Source: an uncultured Actinomycetes bacterium (GTDB lineage: Bacteria > Actinomycetota > Thermoleophilia > UBA2241). Taken from it: DNA of 64,000 nucleotides. Below the pieces are notes generated by a model. It did not search any database. It saw only the letters and a program-made list of their open reading frames with translations, and was not told where the DNA came from. How positions within the stretch are numbered: position 1 is the stretch's first letter; the number at the start of each line of letters is the position of its first letter. Position numbers and translations under genes: made by a program. Location of the stretch: NCBI GenBank assembly GCA_963725665.1, contig CAVRZA010000001.1, positions 416,001 to 480,000 of the forward strand, read 5' to 3'. Positions 19,169 to 28,020 of this stretch are shown here, one piece after another.

Positions 19169-21072
19169 GCACGACGAGCGTGCGCGAGAAGCAGATCGGC
19201 GCCGCCCTGGAGCGCGCCTTCCACCCCGACGAGGTCGTGATCCGCGACGACCGGCGCGAGGTGCGGCTCTGCGCCGGCACGGCCTGTCACGCCTCGGGTC
19301 GCGTGGCCGTGCGCGAAACGTTCAAGGAGGAGCTCGCCGCGCACGGCTTGGGCGACGTCGCGGTAGTCGAGACGGGCTGCCACGGCTTCTGCGACCAGGG
19401 GCCGATCGTCGTCCTCCAGCCGCAGGGCATCTTCTACCCGCGCGTGAAGGCCAACCAGGTGGCCAAGATCGTCGAGGCGAGCATCGCCGGCGACGGCGTC
19501 GTCGACAGGCTCCTCTACAAGGACCCGACCACCGACGAGCCGATCCCCTTCGAGAAGGACATCCCCTTCTACTCACGACAGAAGCGTCTCGTCCTTGCCA
19601 TGAACGGCAAGGTGAACCCCTACTCCATCGACGACTACCTCGCGCGCGGCGGCTACCGCGCCCTGGCCAAGGTGCTCGCCGACGATGAGCCCGACGACGT
19701 CATCGAGCTCGTCGAGGACTCGGGTCTGCGCGGGCGCGGCGGCGCCGGCTTCTCGACGGGCACCAAGTGGCGCCTGGCGCGCCAGGCGCCGGGCGCGCTC
19801 AAGTACGTCATCTGCAACGCCGACGAGGGCGACCCCGGCGCCTTCATGGACCGCTCGGTCTTGGAGGGCAACCCGCACTCGGTGGTCGAGGGCATGCTGA
19901 TCGCCGCCTTCGCCATCGGCGCGACGGAGGGTTACGTCTACGTGCGCGCCGAGTACCCCTTCGCCGTCGAGCGCCTGGAACGGGCGCTCGTCCAGGCGCG
20001 CGAGCGCGGTCTCCTCGGCGACGACATCCTCGGCTCCGGGTTCGCCTTCGACGTGCACATCAGCCAGGGCGCCGGCGCCTTCGTCTGCGGCGAGGAGACC
20101 GCGCTCATGGCCTCCATCGAAGGCCGCCGCGGCATGCCGCGCACGAGGCCGCCCTACCCGGCCATCGAGGGTCTCTGGGGCAAGCCGACCAACATCAACA
20201 ACGTCGAGACCTACGCCAACGTGCCCTGGATCGTCAACAACGGCGCCGACGCCTACGCGGCCATGGGCACGGGCACCGCCAAGGGCACCAAGATCTTCTC
20301 GCTCACCGGCAAGATCAAGAACGGCGGCCTCGTCGAGGTGCCCATGGGTGCCACGCTGCGCGAGGTGATCTTCGGCGTCGGCGGCGGTATGCTGCCGGGC
20401 CGCGAGTTCAAGGCGGTGCAGCTCGGCGGGCCCTCGGGCGGCTGCCTGCCCTCCTCGCACCTCGACACGCCCATCGACTACGAGACGATGACCGCCTCCG
20501 GCGCCATCGTCGGCTCCGGCGGCATGGTCATCGTCGACGACACGACCTGCATGGTCGACCTGGCGCGCTACTTCCTGCAGTTCTCCCAGGACGAGAGCTG
20601 CGGCAAGTGCGTCCCCTGCCGCCTTGGCACCAAACGTATGCTCGAGGTCCTCGAGCGCATCTGCGCGGGGGAGGGGCGCGAGGACGATATCGAGCTGCTC
20701 GATGAGCTCGCGCACTACATCGTCGACGGCACGCTCTGCGCGCTCGGCGGCACGGCACCCAACCCCGTGCTCACGACGCTGCGCTACTTCCGCGACGAAT
20801 ACGAGGCGCACATCTTCAACAAGGAGTGCCCGGCTGGTGGCTGCAAGGCGCTCATCACCTACTACATCGACGCGGATGCCTGCACCGGCTGCACCCTGTG
20901 CGCCAAGAAGTGCCCCACCGAATGCATCTCCGGTGAGAAGAAGCTGACGCACGTCATCGACACGAGCCTCTGCATCAAATGCGACACGTGCCGTCAGGTC
21001 TGCAACTTCGGCGCCGTGAAGGTCTACTCGGGCAAGGACGCGCAGATGCCGAGCCTGGCGAAGGAAGCGTAG
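19165..21072 (+). CDS. nuoF: NuoF/HydB-type FMN/NADH subunit with N-terminal [2Fe-2S] and C-terminal 2x[4Fe-4S] domains
   Basis: CAGTAC...GCHGFC, SGLRGRGGAGF, NADEGDPGAFMDR, GAGAFVCGEETAL, GGPSGG, ESCGKCVPCR, CTGCTLCAKKCP / CIKCDTCRQVC. Confidence 0.93.
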   Translation: MSTTSVREKQIGAALERAFHPDEVVIRDDRREVRLCAGTACHASGRVAVRETFKEELAAHGLGDVAVVETGCHGFCDQGPIVVLQPQGIFYPRVKANQVAKIVEASIAGDGVVDRLLYKDPTTDEPIPFEKDIPFYSRQKRLVLAMNGKVNPYSIDDYLARGGYRALAKVLADDEPDDVIELVEDSGLRGRGGAGFSTGTKWRLARQAPGALKYVICNADEGDPGAFMDRSVLEGNPHSVVEGMLIAAFAIGATEGYVYVRAEYPFAVERLERALVQARERGLLGDDILGSGFAFDVHISQGAGAFVCGEETALMASIEGRRGMPRTRPPYPAIEGLWGKPTNINNVETYANVPWIVNNGADAYAAMGTGTAKGTKIFSLTGKIKNGGLVEVPMGATLREVIFGVGGGMLPGREFKAVQLGGPSGGCLPSSHLDTPIDYETMTASGAIVGSGGMVIVDDTTCMVDLARYFLQFSQDESCGKCVPCRLGTKRMLEVLERICAGEGREDDIELLDELAHYIVDGTLCALGGTAPNPVLTTLRYFRDEYEAHIFNKECPAGGCKALITYYIDADACTGCTLCAKKCPTECISGEKKLTHVIDTSLCIKCDTCRQVCNFGAVKVYSGKDAQMPSLAKEA

Positions 21073-21076
21073 GCTC

Positions 21077-23674
21077 ATGGCGACCACCCAGGAACGCGTG
21101 CACGAGATGGCGCCGCAGCTACGCCCCGACCAGATCGCGCTCACGATCGACGACCAGGAGATCGCCTGCGACAAGGGTGACAGCATCCTCGAGGCGGCGC
21201 AGAAGGCCGGCATCCACATCCCGACGCTCTGCTACGAGCCGCGTCTGCCGGCCAACGCCGCCTGTCGCGTCTGCATGGTCGAGGTCGAGGGCGCGCGCAA
21301 GCTGGCGGCGAGCTGCGCCACGGCGGCCGCCGACGGCATGGTGGTACGCACCAACACCGAGAAAGTGCGCCAATTGCGTCACCTTTACCTGGAGCTCCTC
21401 CTCTCCGACCACAACTCCTTCTGCACGCCGCCGTGTCGCGACGCCTGCCCGACGCACATCAAGATCCCGCAGTTCCTCGACTTCATCGCCCACGGCGACT
21501 ACAAGAACGGCGTGCGCAAGCTGCGCGAGGACCTGCCCTTCCCGGCGATCCTCGGGCGCGTCTGCCCGCGGCCCTGTGAGGGGCCCTGCCGGCGCCAGCT
21601 CGTCGAGCACCCCATCACCATCTGCTGGCTGCACCGTTTCATGGCCGACCAATGTATCGACGAGGAGCAGACGGGGGAGCTCCTCCTGCCGGTCGACCCC
21701 AAGCCCGACACCGGCAAACGCATCGCCGTCGTCGGCGGCGGGCCCGCCGGCCTCGCCTGCGCCTTCTACGCCCGTCTCGAGGGGCACGCCGTCAAGGTCT
21801 TCGAGGCGCTGCCCAAGCCGGGCGGCATGCTGCGCTACGGCATCCCCAGTTACCGCTTGCCGCGCGACCTGATCGAGAAGGAGCTCAACGTCCTCTGGCG
21901 CATGGGCATCGAGCTGCAGGTGAACAGCCGCCTGGGCGAGCACTATCAACTCGAGGACCTCCTGGCCGTCTACGACGCCGTCTTCCTCGGCCTCGGCGCC
22001 TTCAACTCCAATGAGATGGGCGTCGAGAACGAGGACGCCGACGGCGTCGTGACCGCGGTCGACTTCCTCGGCGAGCTCGAGCTCACCGGCAGCGTGCACG
22101 TGGGTCAGAAGGTCACCGTGATCGGCGGCGGCTTCACGGCCATGGACGCCTGCCGCACCGCGGTCCGCATGGGCGCGAAAGAGGTCACGTGTCTGTACCG
22201 CCGCTCGCGCAAGGAGATGCCGGCTCACCACACCGAGGTCGACGAGGCCGAGGAAGAGGGCGTGCGCCTCGAGCTGCTTACGGCGCCGGTGAAGATCCTC
22301 ACGGACGACGACGGCAGGGTCACCGGCATCGAGATGCTGCGCATGGAGCTCGGCGAGCCCGACGCCTCGGGTCGGCGCCGACCGGTGCCCATCGAGGGAT
22401 CGAACTACATCGTCGAGTGCGACCAGGTCATCACCGCCATCGGCCAGTTCCCCAAGCTCGACGGTACGAGCGAGGAGCAGGGCGTCAAGCGCACCAAGTG
22501 GAAGACCATCGACGTCGACGAGTGGAGCTATCAGACGGAGGACCCGAGGGTCTTCGCCGGCGGCGACGTGGTGCTCGGCGCCCAGACGGTGATCCAGGCC
22601 GTCGCGCAGGGCAAGAAGGCGGCCTGGAGCATCGACGCCTTCTTGCGCGGCGAGGAGATGCAGCGCGTCTCGCAGGACCTCGCCGAGCTGCACGGCACAC
22701 CGTTCATCGCCGCGCTCTCGGCGAAGTCCGACCTCGACCCGCGCGTCTCGCGCATGGCCGAGATCCCGCCGGTGTTCATCGACATGACGACCGACGTGAG
22801 CCACCCCGAGCCGCCGGCCGAGATGCCCAAGCTGGCGCCCGAGGAGCGGAGGACCAACTTCGAGCAGATCGAGCTGGGCTTCGCGGTGGACGAGGCACGG
22901 CGAGGGGCCGGCCTCTGTCTCGACTGCTACTGTCCCGCGAACGGCACCTGCGACCTGCAGCGCTACTCGATCGACTACGAGGTCTTCAAGAACCGGTTCC
23001 ACGGCCAGGAGGCGCACGACTACCCGGCCGACTTCCGCCACGACTTCATCATGCGCGAGCCCAACCGCTGCATCAACTGCATGCGCTGCGTGCGCATCTG
23101 CCGACTCGAGGTCGGCGCGAGCTGCTACGACGCCATGGGGCGCGGCTACGACACGATCGTCTCGACGGCCGACAACTTGCCGCTGCAGATGGTCGGCTGC
23201 GTCTCGTGCGGCAAGTGCGCCGAGACCTGCCCGACCGGCTCCATCGAGACCAACCCGCGCCTGCTGGCGAGCTACGACCTCGACGAGAGCCGCTGCATGT
23301 TCTGCGGCGAGTGCGTCGAGGTCTGCCCCTACGACGCGCTGGAGCAGACCGACTTCTTCGAGCTCGCCGGCTACGACCGCGGAGCGCTCGCCGGTGAGTC
23401 GCTCTACGTGCGTCAGGCGAGGTCGGTCGACCCGCTGCGCGAGACGGTCACCGACCTCGTGCCGCACGTCTCCGACGTCCTCGGCGGCGAGGGCTGGCAA
23501 TGGACGCCCATCAAGGCCGAAGAGGCTGGGGCGGACGGCGCGGCGGCCGGGAGCAACGGCAAGCCGGCGCCGGCGCCCGCCGAAGAGCCGGCGCCACCGG
23601 CGCCCGAAGTCGTCGCCGACGGGGCGGCCGGGGACGGCGACGGCGCCGGGACGGACCAGGAGAAGGCCGACTGA
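21077..23674 (+). CDS. NuoG-like Fe-S / GltD(NfnB)-like FAD-NADPH oxidoreductase fused to the NuoI C-terminal half
   Basis: IPTLCY..ACRVCMVE..SC ([2Fe-2S]); CTPPCRDACP, GRVCPRPCEGPCRR, GGGPAG, GGGFTAMD, YRRS, AGGD; CINCMRCVRIC and CVSCGKCAETCP; then SYDLDESRCMFCGECVEVCPYDALEQTDFFELAGYDR. Confidence 0.9.
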   Translation: MATTQERVHEMAPQLRPDQIALTIDDQEIACDKGDSILEAAQKAGIHIPTLCYEPRLPANAACRVCMVEVEGARKLAASCATAAADGMVVRTNTEKVRQLRHLYLELLLSDHNSFCTPPCRDACPTHIKIPQFLDFIAHGDYKNGVRKLREDLPFPAILGRVCPRPCEGPCRRQLVEHPITICWLHRFMADQCIDEEQTGELLLPVDPKPDTGKRIAVVGGGPAGLACAFYARLEGHAVKVFEALPKPGGMLRYGIPSYRLPRDLIEKELNVLWRMGIELQVNSRLGEHYQLEDLLAVYDAVFLGLGAFNSNEMGVENEDADGVVTAVDFLGELELTGSVHVGQKVTVIGGGFTAMDACRTAVRMGAKEVTCLYRRSRKEMPAHHTEVDEAEEEGVRLELLTAPVKILTDDDGRVTGIEMLRMELGEPDASGRRRPVPIEGSNYIVECDQVITAIGQFPKLDGTSEEQGVKRTKWKTIDVDEWSYQTEDPRVFAGGDVVLGAQTVIQAVAQGKKAAWSIDAFLRGEEMQRVSQDLAELHGTPFIAALSAKSDLDPRVSRMAEIPPVFIDMTTDVSHPEPPAEMPKLAPEERRTNFEQIELGFAVDEARRGAGLCLDCYCPANGTCDLQRYSIDYEVFKNRFHGQEAHDYPADFRHDFIMREPNRCINCMRCVRICRLEVGASCYDAMGRGYDTIVSTADNLPLQMVGCVSCGKCAETCPTGSIETNPRLLASYDLDESRCMFCGECVEVCPYDALEQTDFFELAGYDRGALAGESLYVRQARSVDPLRETVTDLVPHVSDVLGGEGWQWTPIKAEEAGADGAAAGSNGKPAPAPAEEPAPPAPEVVADGAAGDGDGAGTDQEKAD

Positions 23675-24183
23675 TGCCGGGCGGCGATTTCCACCCCGTG
23701 CTCTTCACGCTGACGGCGGCCTGGGTGCTGGCCTGCGGCATCGGCGTCGTCGCCTTCCGCAGCATCGTGCGCTCGGCCGTTTCGATGGTCCTCTGCTTCG
23801 TCGGCGTCGCCGGTATCTACGCCCTGCTCTACGCGCCGCTCCTGGCGATCATCCAGCTGCTCGTCTACGTCGGCGCCATCTCGGTCGTCATCATCTTCGC
23901 CATCATGCTCACCCCGGCGCAGAGCGGCGACGTGCGCCTCTTCTTCAACCGCCAGAGCCTCTTCGCGCTGCCGCTGGCGATCGCCACGGCCGCGCTCCTC
24001 ATCGTCGTGCTCGTGACCTCCGCCATCCCCGGCGTGACGTCGAAGGCCCACGGGGTCGACCTCAAGACCTTGTCGGACCTGCTCTTCAACCAGTACGTCT
24101 TCCCCTTCGAGCTCGTCTCGTTCGTGCTCCTGGCGGCGATGATCGGCGCCATCGTCCTGGCGCGCAAGGAGGAGTCGCGGTGA
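23674..24183 (+). CDS. nuoJ: NADH-quinone oxidoreductase subunit J
   Basis: QLLVYVGAISVVIIFAIML, YVFPFELVS. Confidence 0.95.
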   Translation: MPGGDFHPVLFTLTAAWVLACGIGVVAFRSIVRSAVSMVLCFVGVAGIYALLYAPLLAIIQLLVYVGAISVVIIFAIMLTPAQSGDVRLFFNRQSLFALPLAIATAALLIVVLVTSAIPGVTSKAHGVDLKTLSDLLFNQYVFPFELVSFVLLAAMIGAIVLARKEESR

Positions 24184-24500
24184 GTGCCGTCGACTGGTAT
24201 CTCGCTCTCGCCACGGCTCTCTTCTGCATCGGGGCCTACGGGGTGCTCGCGCGGCGCAACGTGCTGCTCGTCGTGATGAGCCTCGAGCTCATGCTGAACG
24301 CGGTCAACATCGCGCTCGTCGCGTTCGCCACCTTCATCCCGGCGACGCGCCCCATCGACGCCTCCAAGGGGCAGCTCTTCGTCCTCTTCGTGATCGCCAT
24401 AGCCGCCGCCGAGGTCACCGTGGGCCTCGCCATCGTGATCGCCAACTACCGCACCAAGCGTAACGTGCAGGCCGATCAGTTCGACCAGATGAAGGGGTAG
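24180..24500 (+). CDS. nuoK: NADH-quinone oxidoreductase subunit K
   Basis: RRNVLLVVMSLELMLNAVN, AAAEVTVGLA. Confidence 0.96.
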   Translation: MSAVDWYLALATALFCIGAYGVLARRNVLLVVMSLELMLNAVNIALVAFATFIPATRPIDASKGQLFVLFVIAIAAAEVTVGLAIVIANYRTKRNVQADQFDQMKG

Positions 24501-24534
24501 TGAGAGCAGTGGGAGCCACGCGGGGGACGCGCCG

Positions 24535-26430
24535 ATGAAGGCAGCCGTCGCGCTGATAGCCCTGCTGCCGCTGGCCGGCTTCGCGATCAACATCTTGCTC
24601 GGGCGGCGCTACATTCGCGACCGGGCGCACCTCGTCGGGGTGGCCACCGTCACCGTCTCGTGGGTGCTCTCGCTGTACGTCATCTACCACGCCTTCACCC
24701 ACCAGGAGGAGGCCTTCGTCTGGGACGCCTTCACCTGGATCAAGGCCGGGTCGTTCACCGTCAGCTGGGGCTTCCTCGTCGACGACCTCACGGCGATCAT
24801 GCTCGTCGTCGTGGGCACGATCGGCATGATCGTGCACTACTACTCGATCGGCTACATGAAGGACGACGAGGGCTACTACAGGTTCTTCGCCTACCTGAAC
24901 CTCTTCATGTTCATGATGTTCACCCTCATCCTGGCGGACAACTACCTGCTGGTCTTCCTCGGCTGGGAGGGCGTGGGTCTCTGTTCCTACCTGCTCATCG
25001 CCTTCTGGTTCCGCAAGAAGAGCGCCTCGCAGGCGGGCAAGAAGGCGTTCCTGGTCAACCGCGTGGGGGACTGGGGCTTCACACTCGGGATGCTGGCCAT
25101 CTTCTTCACCTTCGGCAGCCTGCAGTTCCCGGAGGTGTTCGGCAAGGCGGCCGAGGCCAACGGCGGCCTCCTCACCTGGATCTGCCTGCTGCTCTTCATC
25201 GGCGCGGTGGGCAAGAGCGCCCAGTTCCCGTTGCACGTGTGGCTGCCCGACGCGATGGAGGGTCCGACGCCGGTCAGCGCCCTGATCCACGCCGCGACGA
25301 TGGTCAACGCCGGCGTGTACATGGTCGCGCGGTCGTACCCGCTCTTCATCCACTCGCACACGGCGATGCTGATCGTCATGGGCGTGGGCACCTTCACGGC
25401 GATCTACGCCGCCTCCATCGCCATCACGCAGACCGACATCAAGCGCGTCATCGCCTACTCGACGGTGTCGTCGCTGGGCTTCATGTTCATGGCTTTGGGC
25501 GCCGGCGCCTGGGTGGCCGGCATCTTCTATCTGTTCGTGCACGGGTTCTTCAAGGGCCTCCTCTTCCTCGGCTCGGGCTCGGTGATCCACGCCATGTCGG
25601 GCGAACAGGACATGCGCAAGATGGGTGGGCTGCGCAAGAAGTTGCCGGTGACGTTCTGGACGATGATGATCGGCTCGCTCGCCAACGCCGGCCTCTTCCC
25701 GTTCGCCGGCTTCTGGGCCAAGGACGAGATCCTGGGCGTGGACTTCACGCAGGGGTACTACGTCGTGTGGGTGGTCGGGATCATCGTCGCCTTCCTCACG
25801 GCCGTCTTCATGTTCCGTCTGATGTTCCTGACCTTCTGGGGCGAGAACCGCGCCTCCGAGGAGGTGCAGCACCACATCCACGAGTCGCCGAGGATCATGA
25901 CGGTGCCGCTAATCATCCTCGCCGTGCCGGCGGCACTGGCCGGCATAGTGGTCGGCTGGCCGCCGGAGGGCGGCTGGATCCACGGCTTCCTAGAGCCCGT
26001 GTTCTACGAGGTGGAGTCGGAGGCGTTCGCGTGGTTCGGCACGGGCGGGCTGCTCATGGCTATCTCGCTCGTCGTCGTCATCGTCGGCATAACGCTCGCC
26101 TGGACCATGTACGTGCGCGACAAGCGACTGCCGGCCGCCCTCGTTGAGCGCGTCCCGTGGGCCTACCGCGCCTCGTTCCGCAAGTTCTACATGGACGAGC
26201 TCTACGAGGTCGCCGTCATCAGGCCGGTTCTCAACGGCGCCAACTGGCTCTGGGTGTTCTTCGACACGAAGGTGATCGACGGGACGGTCAACGGTATCGC
26301 GGCGCTGTGGGGATGGATCGGCACGACGCTGCGGCCGCTGCAGACGGGGCGGGCGCAGAACTACGCCTTCGGCATCTTCGCCGGGGTCTTCGTGCTCGTC
26401 ATCGTCTTCCGTTGGGTGTGGGGAGGCTGA
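24535..26430 (+). CDS. nuoL: NADH-quinone oxidoreductase subunit L
   Basis: GWEGVGLCSY, GKSAQFPLHVWLPDAMEGPTPVSALIHAATMV. Confidence 0.97.
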   Translation: MKAAVALIALLPLAGFAINILLGRRYIRDRAHLVGVATVTVSWVLSLYVIYHAFTHQEEAFVWDAFTWIKAGSFTVSWGFLVDDLTAIMLVVVGTIGMIVHYYSIGYMKDDEGYYRFFAYLNLFMFMMFTLILADNYLLVFLGWEGVGLCSYLLIAFWFRKKSASQAGKKAFLVNRVGDWGFTLGMLAIFFTFGSLQFPEVFGKAAEANGGLLTWICLLLFIGAVGKSAQFPLHVWLPDAMEGPTPVSALIHAATMVNAGVYMVARSYPLFIHSHTAMLIVMGVGTFTAIYAASIAITQTDIKRVIAYSTVSSLGFMFMALGAGAWVAGIFYLFVHGFFKGLLFLGSGSVIHAMSGEQDMRKMGGLRKKLPVTFWTMMIGSLANAGLFPFAGFWAKDEILGVDFTQGYYVVWVVGIIVAFLTAVFMFRLMFLTFWGENRASEEVQHHIHESPRIMTVPLIILAVPAALAGIVVGWPPEGGWIHGFLEPVFYEVESEAFAWFGTGGLLMAISLVVVIVGITLAWTMYVRDKRLPAALVERVPWAYRASFRKFYMDELYEVAVIRPVLNGANWLWVFFDTKVIDGTVNGIAALWGWIGTTLRPLQTGRAQNYAFGIFAGVFVLVIVFRWVWGG

Positions 26431-26432
26431 CG

Positions 26433-28020
26433 GTGAGCTGGCAGGACCAGGTGGGCTTCCCGCTCCTCTCTGTGATGACCTATCTGCCCCTGGTGGGCGT
26501 GGCGCTCATCGTGTTGTTCGCCAAGGATCGCCCAGGTCTCTACAAGCCGATCTCCCTGGTGACGACCGTGCTCGCCTTCATCCTCTCGGCCGTCATGCTG
26601 CTGCGCTTCGACACCGGGCGGCCGGGCATGCAGTACGCGCGAGAACGTCGTCTGGATCAAGAGCCTCAACATCCACTACGGCATGGGTGTCGACGGCATC
26701 GCCGCCCTGCTGATCTTCCTCACCACGCTGCTGGGCTTCATCGTCATCATCTCGAGCTGGAACTACGTGAAGGATCGCGAGCGCGGCTTCTTCGTCTCGC
26801 TGCTGCTCCTGCAGACCGGGATGGTCGGCGTCTTCTGCGCCACCGATATCTTCCTCTTCTACGTGTTCTGGGAGGCCATGCTGATCCCGATGTACTTCAT
26901 CATCGGGGTCTGGGGCGGGCCGCGAAAGATCTACGCCGCCATCAAGTTCTTCCTTTTCACCTTCGCCGGCAGCGTGCTGATGCTGGTCGCCATCATCGCC
27001 ACGGTCTACTACGTGAAGGGCCAGACCGGTCAGCTCACGTTCAACATCCAGGAGCTGACGCGGCAGGTCTATCCCTACCACCTGCAGTTCTGGGCCTTCC
27101 TGGCCTTCTTCGTGGCCTTCGCCATCAAGGTACCGATGTGGCCGCTGCACACCTGGCTGCCCGACGCGCACGTCGAGGCGCCCACGGCGGGTTCCGTGAT
27201 CCTGGCGGGAGTCCTTCTGAAGATGGGCGGGTACGGCATGCTGCGCTTCAACCTGCCGATGTACCCCGACGCCGCCGTGACGTTCGTGCCCTGGGTGATC
27301 GCTCTGAGCGTCATCGCCATCCTGTACGGCGCCCTGGTCTCGATGATGCAGAAGGACCTGAAGAAGCTGGTGGCTTACTCGAGCGTGAGCCACATGGGGT
27401 TCGTGACGGCAGGGATCTTCGCTGGCATCGCGCTGGTAGGCAACAGCGCCGGTATGGAGGGGGCCATTCTGGTCATGTTCAACCACGGCATCCTCACGGG
27501 CGCCCTGTTCCTCATGGTCGGCTTCCTCTACGAACGCACGCACACGCGCGATATCGCGGCCATGAGCCAGCTCGCCAAGCCGCTGCCGGTGCTGGCCGGC
27601 TTCTTCCTCTTCTTCACCCTGGGGTCGCTCGGGCTGCCGGGCCTGAACGGGTTCGTGGGCGAGTTCCTCAGCCTGCTGGGCCTGTTCAACTACTCGCGCG
27701 CCACGGCGGCCATCGCCGGCATCGGCGTTATCCTGGCCGCCGCCTATCTGCTGTGGATGTTCCAGCGCGTACTGTTCAACGACCGCGGTGACGCCGACGT
27801 CATGCCGGACTTCCACCTGCGCGACTTCTCGCTGCGCGAGATCGCTTCGGTGGTGCCGCTCGTCGTGTTCGCCGTCTGGGTCGGCGTCTATCCCCAGCTC
27901 TTCCTGAACCTGCTGCACGTGCCGGTGCAGCAGATCATCGACAAGGTGACGCCGTCGCTCGCCGGCGGCCAGAGCCACGGGCTGGCGCAACTGTTCGACG
28001 TCACGAGAGGGCTCTTCTAG
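26433..28020 (+). CDS. nuoM: NADH-quinone oxidoreductase subunit M (one frameshift near 26640, probably an assembly error)
   Basis: N-terminal frame VSWQDQVGFPLLS...GMQYA, then ENVVWIKSLNIHYGMGVDG...HTWLPDAHVEAPTAGS in the next frame. Confidence 0.93.

Noticed and set aside
21077-23674. Glutamate synthase small subunit, formate dehydrogenase or [FeFe]-hydrogenase
   Set aside because: No gltB nearby, and no molybdopterin domain or H-cluster motifs; it is a multi-domain fusion embedded in the nuo operon.
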